From: Candidatus Krumholzibacteriia bacterium
GTDB taxonomy: Bacteria > Krumholzibacteriota > Krumholzibacteriia > Krumholzibacteriales > Krumholzibacteriaceae
NCBI GenBank assembly: GCA_963836185.1
Contig: CAWIIQ010000001.1
Coordinates: 1,152,001-1,216,000 of the forward strand
Reading direction: 5' to 3'
DNA length: 64,000 bases
Positions 18,901-29,200 of this stretch are shown in pieces. Position 1 is the first letter of the stretch, and each line of letters begins with the position of its first letter. Below the pieces are notes generated by a model. That model had not been told where the DNA came from. It saw only the letters and a list, made by a program, of their open reading frames with translations, and did no database searches. The translations under genes and the position numbers were made by a program.

Positions 18901-20630
18901 CCGACTGCGGCATCGGTCGATTCGAGTGTCGATCCGCGCTGCATGACGAGGAAGATATCGAACGATCCCGTTTCCTCGATCGTCGAGGAGCCGATACTGA
19001 GGCTGATACATAGTATGATGCTGATGAAAAAGATGATTATCGCGCCGACTGTCGTCCGGGCAGGGTATCTCATCCCCGTCTTGAGAAGGACGTGGTAGAT
19101 CTCCATCAGTCTTCCGCCCGATGACGAAGCGGGGGTGTAGTCGTGCCTCTTTCCCCTGGAAAGGAAGTAGTGGCTGACCATCGGCACGAGCAGGAGGGCT
19201 GCCACGAGCGATACGAGAAGGGTCGATACTATCGATACACCCACATGCTTCCCGAGACTCTGCACGATGATGTTCGACGAGAATACGAAGGGGAGGAATA
19301 CCGTGATCGTAGTCGCCGTCGCAGCTACGATCGAGCGCCATACCTCGCTCACCCCCTGGACCACCGCTGTGTCGGCGTTGAGGCCCTTCGAGACGAGCCT
19401 GTATATGTTCTCCAGGACGACGACGCCGTTGTCGAGAAGCATCCCGATGGCAAGCGCTATACCGATCAGGGTCAGGCTGTTTATCGATATACCAGCAGCG
19501 TAGAAGAAGTTCATCGCGATATAGACCGAGATAGGGATCGACAGGGCGATGACGAATACGAGCCGCAGGTTCCTCAGGAAGAACCAGAGGATCACTATGG
19601 CGAGCAGTCCGCCGATCACTGCGAGCCTTACTATCAGGCTGATATTGTCCCGGATCGATTCGGCTCCGTCGTACTGGACGACGAGCTCCATCTCCTGGCT
19701 CTTTATCTCTCTGTTGATCCTTTCGACTGCCTCCAGGGCCCGGTTGGAGACATCGATCATGTTGACCATCTGGTCCTTCTTGAGGGTCAGCGAGACGGAC
19801 TCCATCCCGTTTACCCTTGTGATGCTTTCCTGCTTCTTGACTCCGAAGTAGATCTCCGCTATGTCGCCGAGCAGTACGGGACCCTCGGGATGGACGACGA
19901 TATTCTCGAGGTCGGTCAGGTCGAGATACTCGGTCACAACGTTGACGAAATATTTCCGATCCTTCTCGACAGCGTGGCCGACGAATCTGTTCGAGGCTCC
20001 GTTGCTCGATATGAGTCTCGAGATCCTCGAAGGGGTAAGTCCGTACGCTTCGATAGCGGCGTCATCGAGGACGATGTCGACCGACTTTTCGCGCCCTCCG
20101 GAGACCTCGACGTCGGAGATACCCTCGATACTTTCAAACTTCTGCACGATCTCCCGGTCGACAACCTCACGGACGCGTTCAAGTCCGCCGGTTCCTCTGA
20201 CTTCGAGCCTCATCAGCTCGTTCGATATCGACTGGACATCGAACTGGAAGACCTGGACGATATACTCTTCGGGTATCGTCGACCTTATCTCGGTGATCTT
20301 CTCCTCGAGCTTGAGGTAGGCGTACTTGACGTCGATCCCTTGTTCATACTCGATTGTTATGCTGGCGCGTCCGCGGCTGACCCAGGATTCGATCTTCTCG
20401 ATTCCCTCGAGAGTGCCCGCGGCCTCCTCGATCGGGATGACCGCTTCCTTCTCGAGTTGGACAGGATCGACGGGCCGGGAGCGGACCATCACGACGAGGT
20501 AGGGAAATTCGATGTCTGGGATAAGCTCGACGGGGAGCCGTCTCTGCGAGATGACACCCAGCATCACAAGCCCGATGAAGAGCATGCTGATAAGGGTCTT
20601 GCGGCGGATTATGAAATTGCCAGCGCTCAT
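15906..20630 (-). CDS. RND permease fused to extra TM helices and a C-terminal ABC ATPase (1574 aa)
   Basis: RND motifs GMLLDNGVVVLENI, GVVVNNGIILID and RVRPILIT; ABC Walker A GPNGAGKT, signature FSGGMKQR, Walker B VVDEPT, H-loop STH; one continuous frame. Confidence 0.92.
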   Translation of the reverse strand: MSAGNFIIRRKTLISMLFIGLVMLGVISQRRLPVELIPDIEFPYLVVMVRSRPVDPVQLEKEAVIPIEEAAGTLEGIEKIESWVSRGRASITIEYEQGIDVKYAYLKLEEKITEIRSTIPEEYIVQVFQFDVQSISNELMRLEVRGTGGLERVREVVDREIVQKFESIEGISDVEVSGGREKSVDIVLDDAAIEAYGLTPSRISRLISSNGASNRFVGHAVEKDRKYFVNVVTEYLDLTDLENIVVHPEGPVLLGDIAEIYFGVKKQESITRVNGMESVSLTLKKDQMVNMIDVSNRALEAVERINREIKSQEMELVVQYDGAESIRDNISLIVRLAVIGGLLAIVILWFFLRNLRLVFVIALSIPISVYIAMNFFYAAGISINSLTLIGIALAIGMLLDNGVVVLENIYRLVSKGLNADTAVVQGVSEVWRSIVAATATTITVFLPFVFSSNIIVQSLGKHVGVSIVSTLLVSLVAALLLVPMVSHYFLSRGKRHDYTPASSSGGRLMEIYHVLLKTGMRYPARTTVGAIIIFFISIILCISLSIGSSTIEETGSFDIFLVMQRGSTLESTDAAVGDMEERLTGIAETEDLFVEVHEEDARLTLVMKEDYTEIDGRSIHEVKSDARQRLHDFRTGDVSFEEPSNSTRYRGRRGGGMGGAMGGFFGLGGQQKSIVVKGNDFEAMSMFASNLVEYVDNLASTASANFDVTPGSPEIQLMFDMPMLSWHGLTLNSIGMELNSFQPEYSTGQVFKDGTDEYEIIIRSDGVEERSADELREMSLESPSGAIVDLEDITDVVYTRGMTSINRVNQEKQVKITYSFIDEINGSRNLQEAAELEIEELIAGLVVPQGMAVEIVEEDTGIDEFKFLILAAFILIYMILASVFESLTTPVVMMFTIPLAAIGSLWLLIFTRTSIVDPYTMTGFLILLGVVVNNGIILIDYSLILKRRGYRTTRALITAGDARVRPILITAITTIVAMIPLAMGKEEEISVIGAPFAITVIGGLTVSTIFTLVFIPVVYSGLDSAMAWIRGLDIRIKLGQLVAGVLGIWLVQVKIESLIWRSALFATVVLLVPAVTWFILASLRKASEKVIDRKSAITITVRNLVKIYDQPSKFMREWNKGNRIRERRGDIRTSDAGDLLWQLPVLGFMVYFIYFYLSSFFWAFVLSHALFFFLIYAWKCWSAQLSRFRIARTISKSFIWLFPLVNLVIFYMKWGNLAAVIFIAILWFPAAAIFSTSRRLHRKKINIARVEGRFAGIRRALYRLVLMIPLIGKRKQQFKALDRVSLEIGSGMFGLLGPNGAGKTTLMRVICGILDQSYGKVYINGIDTSKKREELQGLIGYLPQEFGTYENMTAREFLDYQAILKGLGDEKKRREMVDYVLEAVHIEEHAERKIGAFSGGMKQRVGIAQILLHLPRILVVDEPTAGLDPRERIRFRNLLVELSRERVVIFSTHIIEDIYSSCNRVAVLNRGQLLYLDEPTKMTATAAGKVWTFSVPPGDFERIRKEHVVVHHMRDGEMIKVRCLADASPVPDAHEARPTLEDAYLWLLRSSGSDILGARTAIEEAAGGEADAQV

Positions 20631-23600
20631 CGGCTCCGATCCAGGACGGAATAGACACAGGGTATTACTATGAGTGTAAGTAAGGTCGATGTCACCAGGC
20701 CGCCGATAACCGCCAGCGCCATCGGTGAGCGGAGTGAAGCTCCTTCGCCGAATCCCAGGGTTAGGGGGAGGAGGGCGAGGATCGTCGTGGCGCTCGTCAT
20801 GATGATCGGCCGTATCCTGATCCTTCCTGCGGCTACTATCGCGTCAGCTTTCGCCATACCCTCGCGCCTGAACCTGTTGATCGCGTCGATAAGGATGATC
20901 GAATCGTTTACCGCGATGCCGACGAGCATGATGATGCCGATGTAGGCCATGATGCTCAGCGGACGGCCGAGGATGAAGAAGATCAGCACCGCGCCGACAC
21001 CGGCGAGCGGGATCGTCAGCAGGATCGCGAACGGATGGATCAGCGACTCGAACTGCGAGGCGAGGACCATGTAGACGAGTATTATCGACAGCAGAAGGGC
21101 GAACCGGAGATCGCGGAACTCCTCCTGCCTGCGGGCCTCCTCGCCTGTGATCGCGAGTCTGTAACCTTGAGGGACATCAAGTGACGCGAAGTTGCTGTTG
21201 ATCTCCCCGATGGCGTGGTCGAAGGGCCTGCCCTCGTTCTTGTGCGCCGAGACGATAGCTGCTCTCATCTGTCCGCGTCTGTTAATCTCGCGCGGGGCGG
21301 TGCCTCTTTCGAGGCGGGCAAGTTCATCGACCCGGAACTTTCTCCCCGATGAATCGATATATATCCTGTCGAGTTCCCCGATGCTCACATCGGGAAGCAT
21401 CACCGTGATGTCTGTTTTTTCTCCGCCACGGTCCCATTCTCCGGCGCTTCGTCCGGTGAGCCGGGACTCGAGCGTCCCGGTGACCTCGCCGAGGCTGACC
21501 TGGAGCATCCCCGCCCTGAGGCGGTCGACTACGACATTTATCTCTGGCCGTCCGTGCTCAAGCGACGTCTCGACATTATAGAGGTCGTCTATGCCGGCGA
21601 GCCGTCCCTTTACATCTTCAGCCATGCTCGTGAGAGTCTCGAGGTCGTCCCCCTTGATCTCGACGACGATCGGGGCGGATTCGGCCCCGAGGATCGAGCG
21701 AAGGGCTGTCTGGTCCTGTACGAGTCTTGACTCGACTCCCGGTATCGATGACAGCGTTGCTCCGAGGCCCGCCATGACCTGGCCCGAACTACGGCCGTGT
21801 CCTTCCGCAAAGCGGATCTTGACGACAGCTGTGTTCTCGTCCTGGAAGACAGAGGTCACGTCGCTGCCGATACCTGTTACCGGCCCGGCAGTGCTGAAAA
21901 GGGTCTCGATGTCGTCGCCGAAGGTGCCCCTGATCATCTCTTCGAGTCCCCTTACCGTGCCGTCTGTCCTCGTGAGGTCGGAACCTTCAGGCAGGGTGAG
22001 GTATATCGAGTACTCGTCGGCGTCGGAATCGGGAATGAACTCGCTGCCGACTATCGGCAGGAGGAGGGCCGCAATGACTACGAGCGCGACGGCTGCGATG
22101 ATGACCGTCCAGCGTTTCTCGAGGGCCTTTGCCAGGAGAGCGCCGTACCGTTCGAATTTCATTGGTTCGGCCGCAGCTGCCTTATCCTTCCCCTTCAGGA
22201 ACCTTGCGGCGAGCATCGGGATGATCAGTATCGCGACGGCGAGGGAGGAGAGAAGGGCGAATGCGACTGTCCATGCCTGATCCTTGAAGAGTTCTCCCGC
22301 GGCGCCGTGGAGGTATACTATCGGGAGGAATACGACGATCGTCGTTATCGTCGATGCCGTGATCGCGCCGCCGACCTGCGCCGTACCGGAGGCCGCTGCC
22401 TCCCTGACGCTCATCCCCGATTCGATATTTCTTACGATATTCTCGACGACGACGATGGCATTGTCGACGAGCATCCCCGCTCCGAGGGCGAGCCCCCCGA
22501 GTGTCATTATATTGAGCGACAGCCCCTTGAAGTACATCAGGTTGAAGGTCGCTACTATCGAGACAGGTATCGAGATGCTGATGATCGCCGTGGTACCTAT
22601 CCTTCTGAGGAATACGAAGAGTATCAGTATCGCGAGAAAGATCCCGATGAGCGCGGTCTGCCTGACCTCGCCTATCGAGGCGTTGATGAACTGCCCCTGA
22701 TCCTGGATGACGACGATCTCGTATCCGGGGAGGGCTTTCTCGATACGGTCGAGGGCGACGGCCAGATTCTCGCTCGCCTCAACCGTGTTGAATCTCATCT
22801 CCTTGTATATCGAAAGTCCGAGGGCCCTCGTGCCGTTGAGCCTGACGATGTTCTCCGGCTCCCTGTTGCGCAGCGAGACGTCGGCAACGTCATGGAGGTA
22901 TACAGGCGCCTTCTCGGTCGAGCTTTCAGCCTGTTGCCCAGTGCCGGATGAGAGCTGCTGGCCCTCGGCCGGTTCTTTCCAGGCGAGGATGATCTGCCTG
23001 ATATCCTCGATCGTCTCCATCTCCGAGACGCCCTTGATCAGGTACGATATCCCCATCTCGGTGACGGTGCCGCCGGAAGCCTCGACATTGTAATTCTGTA
23101 TCTCGGCCGCGATGGCATCGACGGTCAGGCCGTACGCTTCGAGCATGTACGAATCTGTGAGTACGATCACTTCCTTCGTCTCGCCGCCCGATATCTCGAC
23201 ACCTGCGATACCCTCGATACGCACCAGCTCGTTACGGATGTAGTTCTCCGCAATCCTGCGAGGGCCGTCCATGTCGGTCACTTCCGGATTGACCAGGGCT
23301 ACCGTCATCACGGGATCGGAGTTTGCGTCGTGCTGGGTTATCGTCATCTCGAGGTCGGAGTCACCCTGCCCGAAGTCGGCCGCGGCCTTCTGCAGATTGA
23401 GGAAGGCCTCGTCCATGTCCATGTCCCAGCCGTACTCGACCGTGATCCTCGCAGCACCGACTCTTATCACGGAGGATACCTCCGTAACGCCCTTCTGCGT
23501 GAAGATCATGTTCTCCATCTGATCGACGTACTGCTTCTCCATCTCCTCGGGAGGGCGCTCGCCCGCCTCGACTTCGATGAAGAGGCGCGGGTTGTTCAGG

Positions 23601-23719
23601 TCGGGGAAGAGGTCGATACCGAGTCGCTGGAACGATATCCAGCCGAGCAGGAACACCCCGAGGACGATCATCGTCACCGTGACCGGATGGTTGACGGAAA
23701 AGTCCGAAATCTTCCTCAT
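20627..23719 (-). CDS. RND (AcrB/AcrD/AcrF family) permease
   Basis: GMLVDNAIVVVENI, QFESLIHP and RIRPIIMT motifs; 1030 aa; start and stop overlap neighbours. Confidence 0.95.
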   Translation of the reverse strand: MRKISDFSVNHPVTVTMIVLGVFLLGWISFQRLGIDLFPDLNNPRLFIEVEAGERPPEEMEKQYVDQMENMIFTQKGVTEVSSVIRVGAARITVEYGWDMDMDEAFLNLQKAAADFGQGDSDLEMTITQHDANSDPVMTVALVNPEVTDMDGPRRIAENYIRNELVRIEGIAGVEISGGETKEVIVLTDSYMLEAYGLTVDAIAAEIQNYNVEASGGTVTEMGISYLIKGVSEMETIEDIRQIILAWKEPAEGQQLSSGTGQQAESSTEKAPVYLHDVADVSLRNREPENIVRLNGTRALGLSIYKEMRFNTVEASENLAVALDRIEKALPGYEIVVIQDQGQFINASIGEVRQTALIGIFLAILILFVFLRRIGTTAIISISIPVSIVATFNLMYFKGLSLNIMTLGGLALGAGMLVDNAIVVVENIVRNIESGMSVREAAASGTAQVGGAITASTITTIVVFLPIVYLHGAAGELFKDQAWTVAFALLSSLAVAILIIPMLAARFLKGKDKAAAAEPMKFERYGALLAKALEKRWTVIIAAVALVVIAALLLPIVGSEFIPDSDADEYSIYLTLPEGSDLTRTDGTVRGLEEMIRGTFGDDIETLFSTAGPVTGIGSDVTSVFQDENTAVVKIRFAEGHGRSSGQVMAGLGATLSSIPGVESRLVQDQTALRSILGAESAPIVVEIKGDDLETLTSMAEDVKGRLAGIDDLYNVETSLEHGRPEINVVVDRLRAGMLQVSLGEVTGTLESRLTGRSAGEWDRGGEKTDITVMLPDVSIGELDRIYIDSSGRKFRVDELARLERGTAPREINRRGQMRAAIVSAHKNEGRPFDHAIGEINSNFASLDVPQGYRLAITGEEARRQEEFRDLRFALLLSIILVYMVLASQFESLIHPFAILLTIPLAGVGAVLIFFILGRPLSIMAYIGIIMLVGIAVNDSIILIDAINRFRREGMAKADAIVAAGRIRIRPIIMTSATTILALLPLTLGFGEGASLRSPMALAVIGGLVTSTLLTLIVIPCVYSVLDRSR

Positions 23720-24768
23720 TACCTCACGACCTTTACCTTTGACCTGTTCCTCAGTGTCTCGAATCCTCTCACTACGAGCCGGTCATTGACATCGAGCCCG
23801 TCGATCACCTCGACCCAGCCGGGGTTCTCGAGGCCCGTCGTTATGATCCGCTCCTGCGCGGCGCCCTTCTGCACGATAAATACGGTCTTGCCGCGCTGCT
23901 TGATCTGTATGACATCCTTCGGGATTACGATCGCTGAGTCGCTCCTGGCGACGATGATCTCCGCCTTGACGAACATGCCCGGCCTGATCATCAGTTCCGG
24001 ATTGTCGACCTCGATCATCGCCTTGAACGATCTCGAGGCGGGGTCGAGGGCGGGGGAGACCTGTGTGACCCTGCCCGACAGGGTGTCGTCGGGAAGTGTG
24101 TAGTTCATTATGCGGACGTACTGGTCGGCGCCTGCACGGCCGAGTTCTTTGCCCGGGAGGCTGACCTCGAGCTGAAGCTTCGTGTACTCCTTCAGGCCGA
24201 GCAGCTCGACTCCGACTCCAACCTCGATACCCTTCGAGTAGTAAGGTAGGCTCGTGATGATGCCGTCGAAGGGGGCGGTGATGTTGAGCTTGGCGATACT
24301 GATCAGGGCATTGTCGTAGTTGTACTTCGCGTCTATGTAGTAACGCTCGGCAGCGGTGAGATCGGTACGGGTTATCCCGCCCTTGTCATACAGCGACTTC
24401 TGCTGCTCGAAATCAAGTTTCGCCGATTCAAGTGTGAGCTTGTGGGCGTCGACCCTGATATTGTTTACCTGTTCCTGGTCGACGAGGCGGATGATCCTCG
24501 TCCCTTTCCTGACGATATCGCCCAGGGCGAATGGCCTGCCCGTCTCAGGGTTGTCCTGGAGGTTGTACTCGCCGCCCGTCTCCGCGGTTATCGTCACTTC
24601 CATCGAGGCGTTGACCGTTCCGGTCGCAGTGACGAACTCTTCGATAGGCCCGAGGACCATCTCTTCGACCGAGACGGGGACCGCGACCTCGACGTCCACC
24701 CCATCTTCTCCGCTGTCGCAGGAGGCGAACACGGAAAGGACGATCAATAACAGTGTTATTCTCTTCAC
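23719..24768 (-). CDS. RND periplasmic adaptor (membrane fusion) lipoprotein
   Basis: Lipobox VFAS-C; ITAPFDGII, SPALDPASR and RPGMFV motifs; GTG start. Confidence 0.93.
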   Translation of the reverse strand: MKRITLLLIVLSVFASCDSGEDGVDVEVAVPVSVEEMVLGPIEEFVTATGTVNASMEVTITAETGGEYNLQDNPETGRPFALGDIVRKGTRIIRLVDQEQVNNIRVDAHKLTLESAKLDFEQQKSLYDKGGITRTDLTAAERYYIDAKYNYDNALISIAKLNITAPFDGIITSLPYYSKGIEVGVGVELLGLKEYTKLQLEVSLPGKELGRAGADQYVRIMNYTLPDDTLSGRVTQVSPALDPASRSFKAMIEVDNPELMIRPGMFVKAEIIVARSDSAIVIPKDVIQIKQRGKTVFIVQKGAAQERIITTGLENPGWVEVIDGLDVNDRLVVRGFETLRNRSKVKVVR

Positions 24769-24771
24769 TTC

Positions 24772-26271
24772 TTACTCCTCTGTCAATTCAGCGGTAGAGA
24801 CAGTGACCACCGGCTGGTCGTTCTCGAAATCCCACAATGATTTTATCTTCAGGTCCAGCAGCTGTAGTTTGTAATCGATAAGCGACTGTACCTCGCTGAG
24901 CCTTGCGTTCGACAGTGACTGCCTGTACTGGCCGAGGTCCTTGCTCGTCAGGTCGCCGTTCTGGTATTTCTCGAGGTTGATCTCGTACGTCTTCTCTGCG
25001 CTCTCGACCTGTCTCCGGGCCAGATCGATCTCGAGGACGAGGTTGTCGAGCCGCCTGCACGATTCGCGGACCTCCATCTTTATCCGGTATTTCTGCTCAT
25101 CAAGACTAAGCTTGGTGCTCTCCAGGTCGAGCTCACTCGCGAGGATCGTGTTCTTCTTCTGTCCCCAGTCCCATATCGGGATGTCGAAGGCAACGCTGAC
25201 GAACTGCTCGTCGACGCGGGTCTCGTAGATATTCTCGAAATTTGAATTTGTCCCGGATGATCCCCACGAGAGGGCGAGGTTCCCCTTGAACTCGTTCGTC
25301 GCCCCGGCTCGGATAACGTTGTCGTAGGCACTGGCGATAGAGATCTCATGTTCCCGGATCTGCATCCTGTACTGGAGGCCGTGCTTCTCGGCGAACTCCA
25401 TGTCGATGCCGACCGGAGTGAAGCCGATATCTGTATCTATGTCGATATCATCCTCGATAGGGAGGCCGATGAGGTACTTGAACCGATCGACGGCGTTGGC
25501 GAGCGCAACGACGGTGCTGTTATAGCTCGATTCGCTCGAGAGCATCGTAGTCTCAGCCTGTGTGAGATCGTCGAGCTTTCCGATCCCCGCGTCGTACTTG
25601 TTCTTCATGACCCGGTAGTTCTCTCGGTCCGTCTCCATCGCGTCGCGGTTGATCTCGAGACGCATCTTCGTGGCGTAGAGACTGTAGAAGCTGTCCATCA
25701 CCGTCTGTTCGAGGTCGAGCTGTGCGATCGCTAGCCGGAGCAGGTTCGACTCGAAATTCAGCTCGAGCGACCTGAGGTCCATTCTGATCTGGTTGTACGT
25801 AAAGAGGGGCTGGTCGAACTGGAGATAAAGGGCGTTTCGGTAAGTCTCCTCGGACTGGTCGTTGATCTCGCTGTATGAATCCTTCCAGGAGAGGCGGTCA
25901 TTGAGCGAGAGTGTGCCGCCTGTCCACTTGATCGGCTGTTCAATTACCAGGAGTCCGGCGATATCGTACGATTCATAACGGTACCAGGTGGAGAAGAACT
26001 CGTCGAACTGGTTCGTGTTCCTGTACGAGATATCACCCAGCCTGAACCTGAACTGGGTCTTAAGGCTCGCTTCCCGTGCCTTCAGCCTCGCATGGCTCGA
26101 CTCGACCCCTAGCCGCGTGTGCCTGATGTTCGGGCTGTTCTCCATCGCTATTGAGAGGGCCTCGTCGAGTGACAGGATGTGCTGGGCCCGCGCTCCGGGC
26201 GGCGCGGCAGCCAGGAGCAGCACGGCGAGCATTAATATGCCCGCTCCCCTGGTAAACGGTCTCGATCTCAT
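24772..26271 (-). CDS. TolC-family outer membrane protein
   Basis: LSLDEALSIAMENSP, QPLF, IPIWDWG, KYQNG patterns; two-repeat helical/barrel organisation; start MRSRP at 26271. Confidence 0.9.
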   Translation of the reverse strand: MRSRPFTRGAGILMLAVLLLAAAPPGARAQHILSLDEALSIAMENSPNIRHTRLGVESSHARLKAREASLKTQFRFRLGDISYRNTNQFDEFFSTWYRYESYDIAGLLVIEQPIKWTGGTLSLNDRLSWKDSYSEINDQSEETYRNALYLQFDQPLFTYNQIRMDLRSLELNFESNLLRLAIAQLDLEQTVMDSFYSLYATKMRLEINRDAMETDRENYRVMKNKYDAGIGKLDDLTQAETTMLSSESSYNSTVVALANAVDRFKYLIGLPIEDDIDIDTDIGFTPVGIDMEFAEKHGLQYRMQIREHEISIASAYDNVIRAGATNEFKGNLALSWGSSGTNSNFENIYETRVDEQFVSVAFDIPIWDWGQKKNTILASELDLESTKLSLDEQKYRIKMEVRESCRRLDNLVLEIDLARRQVESAEKTYEINLEKYQNGDLTSKDLGQYRQSLSNARLSEVQSLIDYKLQLLDLKIKSLWDFENDQPVVTVSTAELTEE

Positions 26272-26284
26272 CTGGATTTCCTTT

Positions 26285-29200
26285 CTAGCGTAATACCCAT
26301 TTGACCGCGTCGGCGATGACCTTCTCGGCATCCGATTCGTTGGTCAGCTCTATTTTAGCCTCTCCCTGGGAGATGTAGTATGAGCCGAGATAGTTCCAGC
26401 CGTCGTCGGCGCCGTTGAGGTCGAGTTCGGTCTCCTCGATCCCGTCATCGTGATATATGAGGAAGTGGAGTTTTCCGTAATTCTCCTCGTGATCCCCGCC
26501 CCTGTGTCTCCTCCAGGGGGCTGTGATTTTGGCTGCATGATAGTAGATGTCGTAATGCCCGCTCTTTTTCATGTCAGTGGTGAACGCGGCTTTGAGATCC
26601 CCTTTCCCGGCCGATATGAAATGGGCCGAACGGATCTGGTTCCCGTAGAACTTCGAGTCGATCGTCGGCTGCCATTTATTTGTCTCGCCACCCCAGAAAC
26701 GCATCCCGACATATTTCACATCTTCCTCGCGCTCGCCGCGGGGGATAAGTCTCTTCAGGAGGCTCCTCGAGGTGCCCGATGAGAAGGTGAATCCGGGGTC
26801 CTCGTTGTCGACCACTGTCTCTCCCTGCTCGACGAGGCTTACCGGCCTGTCGCTGATCCTCTCACCGTCGAACGGAACGGCCTTCTTCTTCTCATCGAGT
26901 TTCTTGGGCAGGTCGATGTCGAGGAGCACAGGCAGGTTGCGCGAGACGAGGGTGTTGATACTCAGCTTCGAGGGCTGGAAAGTCAGTACGAATCCCAGTT
27001 CTTTCGTCTCTCCGGCCTTTATCGGTACGTATTTGCTGTAATCCTCTCCCATCGTCATATTCGCGGTCATCATCCTCCGCATCCTGCCGCCCCTGCCTTC
27101 TCTGACGTTCAGGTCCATCTGCTGGAAAGTGAACTGGATAAGGCCGTCCGTATCCTCGCTGTTGGTCACGCTAAACCGGACCTGGAACTTCTCGCGCTCC
27201 CCGTCCAGAAAGCTGTAAATCTCGACCGACGACATCAGGAAGCCTGGAATGGCGATGTCGTCGTACCATCCCGCCGCTATCGACGGAAGGTCTATTCCGA
27301 GTCTTTCACTGAGGGCGGAGACAAGTTCATCTCCGGGCACGTTGCCGTGCTTGTGTTTGTCGAAGAGCTCGGCGAGCAGTGCATCGATATCTTCGCGGTC
27401 TGCGGCGCTTTCCATCATCCGGAAGAGGAAGCTTCCCTTCGATTTCAGGGCGTAGTGGGACATCTTCCTGTATTCCGGATCGAGAACGATGTCGCGCAGG
27501 CTCATCTTGGAAAGCTTGTCGTTTACCCTCTCCTCGATGGTCATCCCGTATCTCATCCTTGTCCAGGTCGAGGTGTTGTCCTCGAGTCTCGACGCGTACC
27601 ATGATTCGAGCGCCATGCCGAGCCACGGCATCTCCTTCGAATCTATCCCGTTGCGGAAGGTAAGCATATTGGGGAAGACGTTGAACGAAGGGGTCCTGCC
27701 GAACGGATCGTCCGAGCCCCAGTCCATCTGTCCGAAACTGCCAGTGAGGGTGCCGTTGACGAAGGCGGCCAGCCAGCCCGCCTGCGTCTCCACCTCGGAG
27801 ACATCCTCGTTGCTTCTGTCGTTCATCCTCTCCGTCCGGCGTTTCATGCGCCTGAAGTCGGTGGTCCTCCCCGTGATGCCTCTTTCCTGTATGAATACCA
27901 TCTCGGGCTGGACGTTCTCCTGGCTTACCGACCAGGCGTGGTGGAAGATGAAGAAATGAACCGGCACCTCGACCAGTGAGAATCTCGGGAAGGGGTACTC
28001 GAGATTGAGGTTGTTCTCGTAGGTCTGTCTGAGGTCCCTGATCATCGACTCCAGGGTATCCCCGACCTCGGTGAAAGACTCCGACCAGTAGTCATTTCCC
28101 CGGCGGCAGTAGATGTTGTACTCGGTCGAGTCGACCACTGTCGTCTGCCGCTCGAAGTCGGCGATGACAAGTGAGATCGCGGGGAGGGGGAATTCAGGCC
28201 TGAAGCTGAAGTTGCCCGGTGAGCCGGATGTCGATGCACCCTGGGAGACTGCCGTCAGCTGCGATGAAGTAGTGACGTCGAGTGAGAAATCGATGAAATC
28301 GTGTCTCCGGTCGAGCGGCCTCGAGGCGACGAAGCCCGGCCCGGCTGCCGGGTACCATATCGTTTCCGGGGTGAGCAGGACGCAGGACGGATGTATGTAC
28401 GAGAATCTCCTGCCCAGGTTGAAGAGCAGGGTCCAGTTGGGGGAATTGAGAGTCTCGATGTCTATGTCTGTGTATAGAGCGTCCTCGTTTATGACGCCTC
28501 TCCACCTGATCTCGAATGAATCCTCCGCGCCCGGTGCGAGGGGAGCCTGCGGCAGGACGGTCAGTACCTGTTCATCACGCTCATACTTAAGGGCCCCCGA
28601 CGATCCGGTAAGTTCCGTAACGGCCAGCCCCGGATTGAGGCTGAATATATAGGCGGAAAGGGGCGCTTCCGTATCGTTGCGCACAGTGATCTTCGCTGCC
28701 GCGTCGATCAGTCCGCCTTCATGCATGAGGTCGATCGCGCATGAGAGAGGTGTAGCCACCGGTCTCTCCGCGGCAGTCTCGGCCGCCGCCAGAACCCGCT
28801 CGCGCTGGTGCTCGGCGGTTCCATCTTTTCCCGTATAGACGACGATCAGCACGATGGCAAGCGCCGCGCAGGCAAGACCGAAGATACGGGCGAAGCCTGT
28901 CATGACCCTCGACTGGGGGAGCCTGCGGATCATGACGATAGTCAGGGCGATGAACGACAGCCCGAAGAGGAGGTAGATCGACCGCTGCACGAGCATGTGC
29001 GTGATATCGGCAAAGCCGGTGAACTGCGAGTAGGTCATGGGTACATTGAAGCCGATGTAATCGTAGACGTTGTGGATCTTCGGCCCGAGGTAGAAGAGTG
29101 TCATCCCTATATATCCGAGAAGCACTATGAATGTCACAGCCTGGTTGCGGATCGTGACCATCAGCAGGAAGGCGAATCCGAGGATGAAGATCAGTGTCGG

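Noticed and set aside
17780-22480. Idea that the RND subunits lost ion coupling (DN instead of DD; N instead of AcrB K940)
   Set aside because: The TM4 Asp and TM11 Arg are retained, and DN/NN variants are common in non-AcrB RND subfamilies, so degeneration is not supported.
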